Assembly: GCA_021773795.1 (NCBI GenBank)
Contig: JAJFJT010000004.1
Coordinates: 17,204-81,203, forward strand
DNA length: 64,000 nucleotides
From: Gammaproteobacteria bacterium
GTDB taxonomy: Bacteria > Pseudomonadota > Gammaproteobacteria > HK1
Direction: 5' to 3'
Part shown: one piece after another, positions 1 to 9,094 of the stretch
Layout: each line of letters begins with the position of its first letter
Position numbering within the stretch: position 1 is the stretch's first letter
Notes under the pieces: model-generated
Databases searched by the model: none
The model's input: the letters and a program-made list of their open reading frames with translations, nothing else
What the model was told of the DNA's origin: nothing
Program-made: the position numbers and the translations under genes

Positions 1-2
1 AG

Positions 3-566
3 ATGTCTAAGCCGTTACCCGAGATAGTGGGTGAGATCTATGCCTTACTGGAACCGTTGGAGTCTGAAGATCGGAAAAAAGTTGTTTCATCTGCTTTGAC
101 TCTTATGGGCGAACAGTCCACACCTAAAAACCCAGTCACCGGCTCTAGTGGATTAAATGAATCAGACGACACCGGAGAATCTGAGTGCGGGCCAAAAGTA
201 AAACGCTGGATGAAACGGAATAATATTTCGTTGGAGCATATTGAAGAACTTTTTCATATCGAAAATGGCGTTGTTGAGATTATCGCTGGAGATATCCCAG
301 GTTCTGGAAAAAAACAACAGACTGAACGTTGTTATCTCCTTTCCGGGATTCGTTCTTATCTTGAAACAGACGAGCCAAAATTTACAGAATCGGAAGTAGT
401 AGAGCTTTGCAAGCACATGGGATGCCATGATTCTGCAAATCACTACAAGACCCGAGGCGGGCTCGGCAAGTATGTTGCAGGGAAAAAGCAGACCGGCTTT
501 ACACTGCCAGCGCCTGGGCTGAAGGCCGCAGCAGCTCTTGTCGTCCAGCTGTCAAATGCGAGCTGA
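3..566 (+). CDS. hypothetical protein (187 aa), first gene of a + strand pair; could extend upstream of the window
   Basis: ORF from ATG at 3 to TGA at 564-566. 26-nt gap to the next ORF. Two small domains joined by an acidic/Ser-rich linker. No motif recognised. Confidence 0.4.
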   Translation: MSKPLPEIVGEIYALLEPLESEDRKKVVSSALTLMGEQSTPKNPVTGSSGLNESDDTGESECGPKVKRWMKRNNISLEHIEELFHIENGVVEIIAGDIPGSGKKQQTERCYLLSGIRSYLETDEPKFTESEVVELCKHMGCHDSANHYKTRGGLGKYVAGKKQTGFTLPAPGLKAAAALVVQLSNAS

Positions 567-592
567 GTTAACTTGTAAGGAAATGAAGTTAA

Positions 593-1318
593 GTGCTACC
601 AGAAGACACCCTTAAAGATCTCTTGTCACAAAAGTTGGTTGATACCGAGAAGGCATTGATATGCCTAGCTATAGAACCTGCCTCGCCCCGAAAGATTAGT
701 GAAATTACTTCGATGGCATTTTCTGCAGGGTGGCGGCAAGTAAAAAGGAAAAACTTGTCTACCCTATACTCGCGCACTCCTGAATTCGCTGTCAGAGTAG
801 ATGGCGGTTGGGAATTGACCTCAACCGGTCTACAACATGTCGCAAAGTTAGCCGGACCTCTCATGAACTCGCCAATTCCGCGAGTAGCCTCATCTCTTAG
901 AAGTCATCTCGCACAGATTGCCAATTCAAATACTCAATCGTTCGTTGAAGAGTCCATAACTTGCTTTGAGACTAGACAGTATCGTGCAGCGGTCGTTCTT
1001 TCTTGGGTGGGAGCTGTCTCGGTACTGCACGATTACGTGGTTATTCATAAGCTATCCGCTTTTAACACAGAGGCATGTCGAAGAAACCAAAACTGGAAAC
1101 CCGCCAAGAACGCTGATGGTCTTGGGCTTATGAAGGAAGATACCTTTTTAGACGTGTTACAGGTCATCGGCGTTATCGGAAAGAATGTAAAACTTGAATT
1201 GAAGAAGGCGCTCACCTTACGTAACGGCTGTGGTCACCCAAATTCACTTCAACTAGCTGAACATAAAGTATCTGCCCATATCGAGGATTTAATGCTCAAT
1301 ATATTCTCAAACTTTTGA
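593..1318 (+). CDS. winged-helix + HEPN-like protein (241 aa)
   Basis: GTG start ~12 nt after AAGGA. The N-terminus reads like a wHTH (LICLAIEPASPRKISEITS...GWELTSTGLQHV). The C-terminus has LRNGCGHP, an R-x4-H (RN...H) HEPN-type motif. Confidence 0.5.
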   Translation: MLPEDTLKDLLSQKLVDTEKALICLAIEPASPRKISEITSMAFSAGWRQVKRKNLSTLYSRTPEFAVRVDGGWELTSTGLQHVAKLAGPLMNSPIPRVASSLRSHLAQIANSNTQSFVEESITCFETRQYRAAVVLSWVGAVSVLHDYVVIHKLSAFNTEACRRNQNWKPAKNADGLGLMKEDTFLDVLQVIGVIGKNVKLELKKALTLRNGCGHPNSLQLAEHKVSAHIEDLMLNIFSNF

Positions 1319-1487
1319 GTACCGCCGTTATGCATACTAAATAGGATTTGCACATAACGCCGCAATTCACCGGCGGCAAAAAGCAGAGTGAGCGATAGCG
1401 AACAGGGCTTTTTGACGTGAGAGTTCCTACGAAAAAGTGGACACCCGCTAGTTTGTTGCATTGCCTTATTATGCGATAGCAGCACGT

Positions 1488-2300
1488 CTACTCCGGCGGA
1501 CTGCCCGAATGATGCGTGCGGACATAGTGTTGAAGGTCGATGAGATCAACATCTTCCTCAAGCAGCTTTCGAAGCTCATCAGATACAGGGGCGTATCCTC
1601 GTTGGAATCCATAGCCACCAACGTAGACATCACTTGGGTCCGGCTCATCTCTCGAGTCACTAAATTCGATTCCATCAAAATCATATTTCATGAGCACTCG
1701 CATAAGATCTACAACTGGTCGACCTTGGAGATTATCACCTATCGTAACGATAAACTTCTCTGGAGGATTAGTATCATTGACAGCACCGAATATTTCACCT
1801 ATCTCAAACTTCTCTGCTTTCAAATCTGTTCGCAGAGCCTTAAACCAAGGCAGATGATCGTTGATCGCTATCCCCAGTGGAAAAGTTCTGAGGCGATCTC
1901 GTTCTTTTGCTAACCCTGCTTCCTGCCCGCCAGGTTCAAGCGTTTTCATGGTGCGTGTCAATGTGAGGAGTTCGGCCTCAATTCGTTCGAGAGGAATTAG
2001 ATCGCGCTCAGAATGGGACACCTCAACGTACTTGTTTGTTTTTCGATCAAGGTACTTCGCATAGAACGCATCCTCTTGCATCTCGGGCCGATATTTAGTC
2101 TGCAAAAGAAAAATAGCCGCAATGAACAGTGGTACATTCAACGCAGCGGCAACTACCAGCACCCCTTGGAGCCAGTCAACGGAAATGGTGGTTGCAGCGG
2201 TGAGGAAGGTTCCATTGACTACACATAGTCCAACAAGCCAAGCAGCCAAGAGCTGAATCGGCTTCGTTACCTTGTGTGCAGTTATTCTCTCGTCAGCCAT
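1488..2300 (-). CDS. 2-TM membrane protein with unknown ~200-aa C-terminal domain
   Basis: ATG at 2300 is preceded by GAGGT; the longer ORF-track start at 2384 is TTG. Hydrophobic helices LLAAWLVGLCVVNGTFLTAA and VLVVAAALNVPLFIAAIFLL. Lies 20-100 nt downstream of the 297-aa ORF on the same strand. Confidence 0.6.
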   Translation of the reverse strand: MADERITAHKVTKPIQLLAAWLVGLCVVNGTFLTAATTISVDWLQGVLVVAAALNVPLFIAAIFLLQTKYRPEMQEDAFYAKYLDRKTNKYVEVSHSERDLIPLERIEAELLTLTRTMKTLEPGGQEAGLAKERDRLRTFPLGIAINDHLPWFKALRTDLKAEKFEIGEIFGAVNDTNPPEKFIVTIGDNLQGRPVVDLMRVLMKYDFDGIEFSDSRDEPDPSDVYVGGYGFQRGYAPVSDELRKLLEEDVDLIDLQHYVRTHHSGSPPE

Positions 2301-2404
2301 GCCGACCTCAATATTTCCCATAACGACCAAAATCACTGGGAACTTTGAGTTGCATAACGGAGTGAAGTGGCTTAACTTTTTCAATATGCATTTGACTTGT
2401 CACC

Positions 2405-3298
2405 TTATCTAAATATGGTTTTATACACAAAAGAGCCTGGATCAATTTCCCTTCCATCAGGATATTGCGGTGAATATGAACCTTCATAATTTCGAAACTC
2501 ATCAACAAAATGCTCAAACTCAATCAAAAATGATATTGGTTGAGGGTATTCAAAAGCCTCCCTCATTCTAACTTCGTCCGTGTAATGTAAAATATATTGA
2601 TCTGTATTTGGATGTTTAGGACAATTTAACACCTTGTACCATTGTTCAACATCATTTTTGTATTGATATCTATCACTAGTTATTTTGTGATGCCTTGAAG
2701 TACATGTTTCAATTATCTCCGAATGTAGACTTGCCAGTTGGCTACATGATCTAATGAAAAAAGGAATGGCCATATCAGGCTTAATATCATCATTCAGCTC
2801 ATACAAAAAGTCATTTGGCGGCATGTTATAGGAGTAATACTCTCTCATGTATTTCAGCATAAAAAATAACTCATCAACATCGTCCCGTATAATATTTGGT
2901 TTTTGATCGCAGAACGTAGACTTAAATACTTTAATAAGTTTTGTATGCGTTAATTGTGACAACTTTTCAATACTTTCACTTGGAATTAGCACCACACAAG
3001 ACAAAAGAGAGTGGAATAATGAGTAGTAGCTTAGGAAGAAAAATGCTGACCAAGACTTTGATTCTTTTGCTATTAGGGATTCCTGATAAAAGGAAACTGA
3101 TGTAAAAACCTCTTTTAGTGATTTATGAACTCTTATATTCCATTTAAAAAGCTCCTCTGGGCCGGAGTTTTTTATTGACTTTATGTAGTGTTGATTCCAT
3201 CTGTTGACGTATTTTTCCTGCTCTGATTTATCTTTAACTCGATACAACAGATGACCAAAATTGGCTATATCACTATCTATAAAGGCATTATTATTCAA
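2405..3298 (-). CDS. hypothetical protein (297 aa), strongly AT-rich gene
   Basis: Long uninterrupted ORF in the most AT-rich stretch of the window. ATG start. Directly upstream of the 2-TM protein gene. No motif recognised. Confidence 0.6.
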   Translation of the reverse strand: MNNNAFIDSDIANFGHLLYRVKDKSEQEKYVNRWNQHYIKSIKNSGPEELFKWNIRVHKSLKEVFTSVSFYQESLIAKESKSWSAFFFLSYYSLFHSLLSCVVLIPSESIEKLSQLTHTKLIKVFKSTFCDQKPNIIRDDVDELFFMLKYMREYYSYNMPPNDFLYELNDDIKPDMAIPFFIRSCSQLASLHSEIIETCTSRHHKITSDRYQYKNDVEQWYKVLNCPKHPNTDQYILHYTDEVRMREAFEYPQPISFLIEFEHFVDEFRNYEGSYSPQYPDGREIDPGSFVYKTIFR

Positions 3299-3332
3299 TG
3301 CAGTATCTCCAGTTTCCTAAAGATCACTAAAA

Positions 3333-3454
3333 GATCAGGGTCAGGTCTAGGATCGAAGCCTTATATACGGGTGAATTTGCCTGCGGCTGTCTGTCTTAGG
3401 TCACAGAAGAATAGAATATTCAAGAAAGCTATGAATCTAGACCTGACCCTAATC
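3333..3454 (+). mobile_element. MITE-like element, copy 1 (~122 bp)
   Basis: Terminal inverted repeats GATCAGGGTCAGGTCTAG ... CTAGACCTGACCCTAATC. The internal sequence is shared with copies at 6659-6760 and 11503-11601. No coding capacity. Confidence 0.6.
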
Positions 3455-3633
3455 TCACTTTGCTATCGCATCATCCATCCGTGCGGCCAGGCCTGAGCAG
3501 GTAATGTCCATGTCCATACCTAGTCACGAGGTTTCGGAGGTGGCAACCAAACGGTACGACAGCGAAGTAAGAGAGTGGTCAAGCGTCAGATTCATTGCTT
3601 TATTAGCGAGTGCTATTTTGATTCCTGACAAAC

Positions 3634-5955
3634 TCAGTGCTGAATGTGAAGAGCAGGCCAAAAAGCGGGGTTGAGCATGTACATTATCGCGTTCAGATTC
3701 TTCGCTATGCGAGTTTTAAATATTTCCATGTTATAACCAACGTCGTAAATGTACTGAGGGTCCTGTCCCGCGCAGCGAATGCCTAGGAACCCGTAATACA
3801 GGAGAAATTCTATAGCCCGATCAATTTCTTCGGCTGTTAATCCGTTTACATCAAACAATATTCTCAAATCATCATTAGAAAATTCGTTACTTTCACCGAG
3901 AAACTGATACATAAGGCGATTGGCTTTTTCTTCAATGTCCGTCAATTCTTGATCCGCATCGATCAGTAGATCGTTCGAATAAGTGATTAGGCCCTTTTCT
4001 ATATCTTCGGCCTGGATCTTTTCATGCTGTAAGTTAACCGCGAATCCTTTGCAAGCGCCAACAAGTTTCAACCAGTTTCGAGGGCGCATTAAGGAACGCT
4101 CAATCATAAACTGAGAGGTTTCCTCTCCGTCTATGTGAGAAATACAGATAGCATTCCATACCTCATCAAACGACGCACCTATAGGAAAATCATTCTGAAT
4201 GAGGCGCATCCGCATCATCGTTCGAAGCATATCCGGATCGCGCCAGTCCAAGTCTGCCCGGGTTTCTTTTCCGAAGTCGGAGGTCTCGTCCATTAGAAGT
4301 TGATAAATGTCGTTCCGCACGAATACAATCGCATGGAACTCTAGTCGATCACGACTCATCTCTCGCTGAATCTTTCTCGCGGCGTCAATCAGACAGCGCA
4401 ATATAGTTATATCACCAGTGGTAGGTCCGTGGCTCGACCACCCTTTGTCCAAATTATCGAACAACAGCCAGACTTCATCTTTATACCCGAGATAGCTAGA
4501 TAAGCATTCCCGAAGCTCACGAATATTTCCCGAATGAATAAGGCCCGTGATCTCGTCTACCGCCAAAGTTGTTCCATCATTTTGTTGGCGTCGGGTATCA
4601 AAATCCTGGACAATCGAAGTGGTTAGCGTGAGTAACCGCTCAGAAAAATCGCCTTCTGTAATGTGAGCGCTTTCGCCGTATAATTTCTCCAGTTTTACAT
4701 ATCGCTCATAAAGCCGATGATCCCTCAAATGGCGTTCGCGGTCTTTTTCTAAGACCTTGTAGCAGATTTCGGCATATAGCAAATACTCCCAAAGAGCCGT
4801 AACTAAATGTTGTTTTGCTCCAGCTGACAGATAGTTTAGAACTTCTTCTTTCAGCTTCAAAAGCTGGTAACCTTCTGGCTTTAGGTCAACGACTATATTG
4901 TTTTTATTGCTTCGTTTTCGGTTACGTACTTGTGAGAATAGAGCAGTTTTTCCGGTGCCTTTTCTTCCCACGACTAAATTCACTTCTCCGCGCAAAGCAC
5001 GATTGAATTCGTCGGTTTGCAAATAGTAGTCGCCTAAACTTTGAAATTCATTTTCAGCCATGGGATCTCCAATGGATAATGTGCTAAGCAAATTACCCAT
5101 TGGAAGTTCGAGATTCTTCGTTTCTTGAATTCGTTCGAAAACAGACAACGAAAACTCGTGAATTAAATCTCTAAGGTCTTCTGGCCGGGCATAAGATTTA
5201 ACAAAATCACGAACGTCGAGCGGAGCAAAAGGCGCGGCCTCATCTTGAAGAATGAGAGTTGGAAGCTCTAGCCCTAAACTTAATCCAGCAACGAAAGCCG
5301 CGCGGATATTATGTACGGAAGCATCCTTCATGCCAGGAGAAATCAATGGGATTACGACACCGTAGGAAGAAGCAACGTGCGCGATTGCTTCGGGAGCAGA
5401 CAACCTTGCGGCCTCTGAGGGCACAAAGCTCCGATAAAATAAACGAGCTTTCTTTATCCTAGAAATGATGTGCGACATTACGCCGCCACGAACAGGTGTC
5501 TCAAGGATATATACGGGCGTTGTAACGTTGAGCTTTGCAGTAGAGTCTATCGGGTGTAGGTCTCTAATATTTGAGATTAAACGTGTAAGTTCCCTTGCAT
5601 TCTTGTAGCGCTCGTAACCTAGCGTGTCGAATATTCCGATGCGGTTTATCAAGTCATCGTCAGCAACATACTCGGCCGATTTCGTTAGAAAAACTCTTCG
5701 GCCGATTCCTATCGCATATCCGATCTCGAAGGTGACATTAAAATTCAGTGTTGTGATATCAGCCACGAGGACATTTGCATTCTCTAATCCCTCGAAAATT
5801 GGAGCCGTTAACGGCCTACCCGCAATGTCGTTTTCTTCCCACGTCGTGTAATGGCATCCGCCAGAATGATTAGCAGATTCTACTGCCTCTTGTATTACTC
5901 TGGTAAGTTGATGCGGCTGAGACGCGTAGGCGAAGAACCCTTCTATTTTGTCCAT
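3634..5955 (-). CDS. 773-aa fusion: nucleoside 2-deoxyribosyltransferase/TIR-like module(s) + P-loop NTPase; candidate defence protein
   Basis: N-terminal FFAYAS...LVADITTLNFNVTFEIGYAIGIGRRVFL resembles the NDT-type Rossmann fold with a catalytic-type Glu. A second, degenerate copy follows (HNIRAAFVAGLSLGLELPTLIL). Walker A GRKGTGKT; Walker B-like VWLLFDNLD. Long helical C-terminal region. Confidence 0.7.
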   Translation of the reverse strand: MDKIEGFFAYASQPHQLTRVIQEAVESANHSGGCHYTTWEENDIAGRPLTAPIFEGLENANVLVADITTLNFNVTFEIGYAIGIGRRVFLTKSAEYVADDDLINRIGIFDTLGYERYKNARELTRLISNIRDLHPIDSTAKLNVTTPVYILETPVRGGVMSHIISRIKKARLFYRSFVPSEAARLSAPEAIAHVASSYGVVIPLISPGMKDASVHNIRAAFVAGLSLGLELPTLILQDEAAPFAPLDVRDFVKSYARPEDLRDLIHEFSLSVFERIQETKNLELPMGNLLSTLSIGDPMAENEFQSLGDYYLQTDEFNRALRGEVNLVVGRKGTGKTALFSQVRNRKRSNKNNIVVDLKPEGYQLLKLKEEVLNYLSAGAKQHLVTALWEYLLYAEICYKVLEKDRERHLRDHRLYERYVKLEKLYGESAHITEGDFSERLLTLTTSIVQDFDTRRQQNDGTTLAVDEITGLIHSGNIRELRECLSSYLGYKDEVWLLFDNLDKGWSSHGPTTGDITILRCLIDAARKIQREMSRDRLEFHAIVFVRNDIYQLLMDETSDFGKETRADLDWRDPDMLRTMMRMRLIQNDFPIGASFDEVWNAICISHIDGEETSQFMIERSLMRPRNWLKLVGACKGFAVNLQHEKIQAEDIEKGLITYSNDLLIDADQELTDIEEKANRLMYQFLGESNEFSNDDLRILFDVNGLTAEEIDRAIEFLLYYGFLGIRCAGQDPQYIYDVGYNMEIFKTRIAKNLNAIMYMLNPAFWPALHIQH

Positions 5956-5980
5956 GGCATCCTCTGCTTAAAATAATAGG

Positions 5981-6075
5981 GGCTGGCTTAGCTCGTCCAA
6001 AGCATAGCAATCGTTCCCTGGCAAAAAACTTAAACCCTGGACCCTGATGTTTCAAGGTTTTTCCGAACCCCGGGG
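5981..6075. repeat. short intergenic repeat family 2, copy A
   Basis: GGCAAAAAACTTAAACCCTG.ACCCTG...TTTCAAGGTTTTTCC core recurs at 6789-6878 and 12548-12600. Copies A and B also share the upstream GGCTTRGCTCGTCCRAAGCATAGCAATCGTTCCCT. Confidence 0.7.
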
Positions 6076-6107
6076 TACGTCCCGATATTAAAGCGGCTCT
6101 GAATAAA

Positions 6108-6629
6108 TCAGGCTTTCCTTAGCTGCAAGCGCTGATCAATCCATTTCTCCATTCCCACCACTGCGTAAATGGTGGCGGCAAGGGCGATGATGCGCACCCA
6201 GGCATCGAGTCCGATAGGCGCGCCGTGGAAGGCAACATTCATTGCTGGGGTATAGGTAAAGGCGAGTTGTAGCAAAATCATGCCGGTCACTCCGGCGAGT
6301 AGCCAGCGGTTGCTCCACAGCCCAAGCACGAACATAGAACGGCTGAGTGAGCGGCAATTAAACAGGTAAAACAGCTCCCCCATCACCAGCATGTTGACCG
6401 CCACGGTGCGGGCAGCTGCCTCGCTGGCGCCACTGGCAAGCGCCCATTCGAAAAGCCCGAAGCAGGCTGCGGCCAACATCAAGCCGACCAGGACTATGCG
6501 CAACACCAGGCGAAAGTGGAGAATTGTCTGCCGCGGATTGCGGGGTGGGCGCGACATGATGCCGGGTTCGCCTGATTCAAAGGCAAGGGTGAGTCCCAAA
6601 AGCAGTGCCGTGGTCATGTTAATCCACAC
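6108..6629 (-). pseudogene. displaced 3' fragment (C-terminal ~172 codons) of a P-type ATPase gene
   Basis: The translation aligns end-to-end with the C-terminus of the intact ATPase at 12638-15346. My manual alignment gives 21 mismatches in 172 residues. The downstream flank 6076-6107 is also homologous to 12601-12637. Homology stops abruptly at 6628/6629 next to a MITE copy. Confidence 0.85.
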
Positions 6630-6668
6630 AAAACATCAGCAAAACATCAGGGTCAAAACATCAGGGTC
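6630..6668 (+). repeat. tandem AAAACATCAG(GGTC) junction repeats
   Basis: AAAACATCAG occurs three times in a row, the last two as AAAACATCAGGGTC. They run directly into the left terminal repeat of MITE copy 2. Confidence 0.6.
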
Positions 6669-6760
6669 AGGTCTAGGATCGAAGCCTTTATACGGCTATC
6701 TGTCTTAGGTCGCACAGAGGAATAGAATATTCAAGAAAGCTATGAATTTAGACCCTGATC
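6659..6760 (+). mobile_element. MITE-like element, copy 2 (~102 bp, right end degenerate)
   Basis: Same left TIR and internal sequence (AATAGAATATTCAAGAAAGCTATGAAT) as copy 1. Lacks ~17 bp present inside copy 1. The right TIR carries a small deletion. Confidence 0.55.
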
Positions 6761-6788
6761 TCTATTGGGCATACCATTTCTGGATAGA

Positions 6789-6878
6789 CTGGCTTGGCTC
6801 GTCCGAAGCATAGCAATCGTTCCCTGGCAAAAAACTTAAACCCTGAACCCTGGCATTTCAAGGTTTTTCCTAACCCCA
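6789..6878. repeat. short intergenic repeat family 2, copy B
   Basis: Near-identical to 5981-6075 over ~90 bp. Confidence 0.7.
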
Positions 6879-7045
6879 ACGTAATCTGTTCCCATCAAAT
6901 CCAGGGCCATCTCCCTGCCAACCCCAATCAAAACGGCTTGGCTACCCCGATGCTTATAGCCAACGGGACCAAGTCTTGATTTGCGTTGATCGTCATCATG
7001 AAAGACAGGTATATCACCAGAGTCTTCTCGATTTCACCCGCCTAT

Positions 7046-8341
7046 TTAACCAGTTAATAACATCGTTCGCTTGATCACGCCGGCAATGATCGGCTCCAAC
7101 GTTGACTCGGGCATGCCCGCTTTGGCTGCCAGAGCAGCTGCCTTTGCTATCGCAGCATCCATCTGTGTGGCCAGACCTGAGACAATACTATCCACGTCCT
7201 GCCTGGGCAGCCCGAACTTTTGGGCCGTCTGATAAAAATGCCTGAGTTGGATTTGATTGAGGCGATAATAGCCCTTGTTTCCTATGGCCATCGGCAATTT
7301 AATTTTCTGAGCCGGGAATTCTGCATAGGGTTCGGCAGACATCACGTCATAGAGTGGTGTCAGTTGGTAACCACCCGGCGTGAGAAATATAGAGAAGTTC
7401 TTGGCGTGGCCGTCGATGGCGGCCAGCAGCCAAAACACAATCTGCGCCTTCATGAAGCTCAGGCGGTCTTCATGGGGGGCTGCGGCACCGTTAAGGAAGT
7501 CCAAAACATCCATGATGCCGGGACCGCCATGGCTTTGATATTTCCGTATCAGCGGGATACCCAGAGCCTGACAGATATCCTCTTGGGGCAGCCGGTACAG
7601 TACGCCATCCTGCCAGACCCGATCAAAACGCTCCGCGACTATCACTGGCTTGCCGTTAAATATCAGCACCTCGGCATTTGCTGTCTTAAGATTCAGGGCT
7701 CGACACAGTACAAGACAAAACCATTCATTCCAGGGTGTATCGGAAAAGTCGGCGCCGCTTGGGCCTGCTTTCATGGCCGGTTTGAAGATGTGGGACGTGG
7801 GTGTCGGTCCAAGTGGAAGTTGCCACTGTCCATCGGCATAAAGAAAGGCAGTCTTTTCCTGCACCCCCGCAATGGAGATACGAAAGTCATCTCCATTGCC
7901 ATGGATACCCAGGGGGGTGGTCGCCAAGGAAGCAATCCGGGTTGCGATCTCGTTATCACTGACAGGCCGGTAGGCCATTTTTTCCGGATCGCCAGGCTCA
8001 AGGCCCTCGGGAACAAAACGCAGGGCTCCCACACAATCCCGCCCAATGACGGCCAAGAGGTCAAAAACACCCGCACTATCGGCATGCTCGCGCGCAGCAA
8101 TTTTTTCTCTTACGCTGCGATCATCGGGCAATAGGCCATCAAAGTAGGCATTCGCCTTCTCTCCCGACCAGACGCGATCAGATAGCGGCATGGACAAGGA
8201 AATAGGAAATGAGCGCTCTGATGATAGCCACTCCAGATCATAGCGAAACGAAGTTGCGCCGCCAGGCTCACGGGAATACTTGCCGACTCTGCTTGAGCCA
8301 ACATAAACATCCAGCACGCGTCCTTGACGTCTACGTCCCAT
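7046..8341 (-). CDS. hipA: HipA-family Ser/Thr kinase toxin (431 aa)
   Basis: Full-length HipA architecture. Motifs IAGVQEKTAF, TSHIFKP and catalytic DGHAKNFS. Confidence 0.85.
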   Translation of the reverse strand: MGRRRQGRVLDVYVGSSRVGKYSREPGGATSFRYDLEWLSSERSFPISLSMPLSDRVWSGEKANAYFDGLLPDDRSVREKIAAREHADSAGVFDLLAVIGRDCVGALRFVPEGLEPGDPEKMAYRPVSDNEIATRIASLATTPLGIHGNGDDFRISIAGVQEKTAFLYADGQWQLPLGPTPTSHIFKPAMKAGPSGADFSDTPWNEWFCLVLCRALNLKTANAEVLIFNGKPVIVAERFDRVWQDGVLYRLPQEDICQALGIPLIRKYQSHGGPGIMDVLDFLNGAAAPHEDRLSFMKAQIVFWLLAAIDGHAKNFSIFLTPGGYQLTPLYDVMSAEPYAEFPAQKIKLPMAIGNKGYYRLNQIQLRHFYQTAQKFGLPRQDVDSIVSGLATQMDAAIAKAAALAAKAGMPESTLEPIIAGVIKRTMLLTG

Positions 8342-8373
8342 TTGACCCCACTGCTGTGCCGTTAACTAAAATC

Positions 8374-8402
8374 CGTCATACCGGTTCAAGCCCGGTATGA
8401 CG
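8374..8402. other. perfect 11-bp-stem hairpin in the hipB-hipA spacer
   Basis: CGTCATACCGG-TTCAAGC-CCGGTATGACG. Short T-rich tracts follow on both strands. Confidence 0.4.
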
Positions 8403-8517
8403 AAACCCTCTTTTATTTTCATGTCTCCCAAGCTCCTACGCATCCTTCTGGCCTTTACGAACAAGGTATCTGGCCGAACGCGCCAAAAGTTAGCGGGACA
8501 GCAGTAATTTGGCCCCT

Positions 8518-8763
8518 CTAATACTTTGTGGGATCGAAGCTGGCTATGTGGCGCGGGACGATGGACAGGTCCAGATCCAGAGCAGCCACGATCTTGATAA
8601 CTGTGTCGAGCTTTGCCGTTGTCGCGCCGTTCTCAAGTTCTGAGATCAGAGCCTGTCGGACAGACGCTTTTTGGGCAACGTCAACCTGCCGCAGATCCTT
8701 GGCCTTGCGTGCCCGGCGTATTGCCTCACCGAGATCTTTACTGTTACGTATGAATTTCCCCAT
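8518..8763 (-). CDS. hipB: XRE-family HTH antitoxin/repressor (HipB-like, 81 aa)
   Basis: Cro/C1-type HTH (LRQVDVAQKASVRQALISELENG). Upstream of hipA on the same strand. Confidence 0.75.
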   Translation of the reverse strand: MGKFIRNSKDLGEAIRRARKAKDLRQVDVAQKASVRQALISELENGATTAKLDTVIKIVAALDLDLSIVPRHIASFDPTKY

Positions 8764-8777
8764 AATTACAGCCTATT

Positions 8778-8822
8778 TATCCGCTGCGCCGTATAGACTA
8801 TATATATGCGATTTAGCGGATA
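8778..8822 (-). promoter_or_regulatory. two HipB-type operator half-site pairs upstream of hipB
   Basis: TATCC-N8-GTATA (8778-8795) and TATGC-N8-GGATA (8805-8822). Each differs by one base from the E. coli hipBA operator pattern TATCC-N8-GGATA. The outer arms also form TTATCCGCT...AGCGGATAA. Confidence 0.45.
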
Positions 8823-9094
8823 ATATCGATTCCAGATGCTTAGCGGCGAACAACTACCACGAATCTGTTAGCAGGGATAACTCTACTGATTCAATGGCTT
8901 AATACGGGTTAGCACAGTCAAGATAAACTAAGAGCACACCAATAACTCAACCCCATTGTCTAGTACCCACGTCAAAAACAATCCAACTTCATGCACCACC
9001 TCCTCGCCCCTTTTATGCTATATTTAATTCACCCAATGGGTGAACGATATTCAATGCTCTAACGACCCCTTCGTGATGCCAAAAGGATTTCACC

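Noticed and set aside
3251-3496. Short ORFs running through the MITE copies (3251-3496, 6391-6708, 11329-11526).
   Set aside because: They cross inverted-repeat element boundaries or the pseudogene, have no RBS, and their shared peptide (…SGSGLGSKP…) merely reflects the repeated DNA.
7220-8134. 304-aa + strand ORF inside hipA.
   Set aside because: It is an antisense shadow of a full-length HipA with catalytic motifs.
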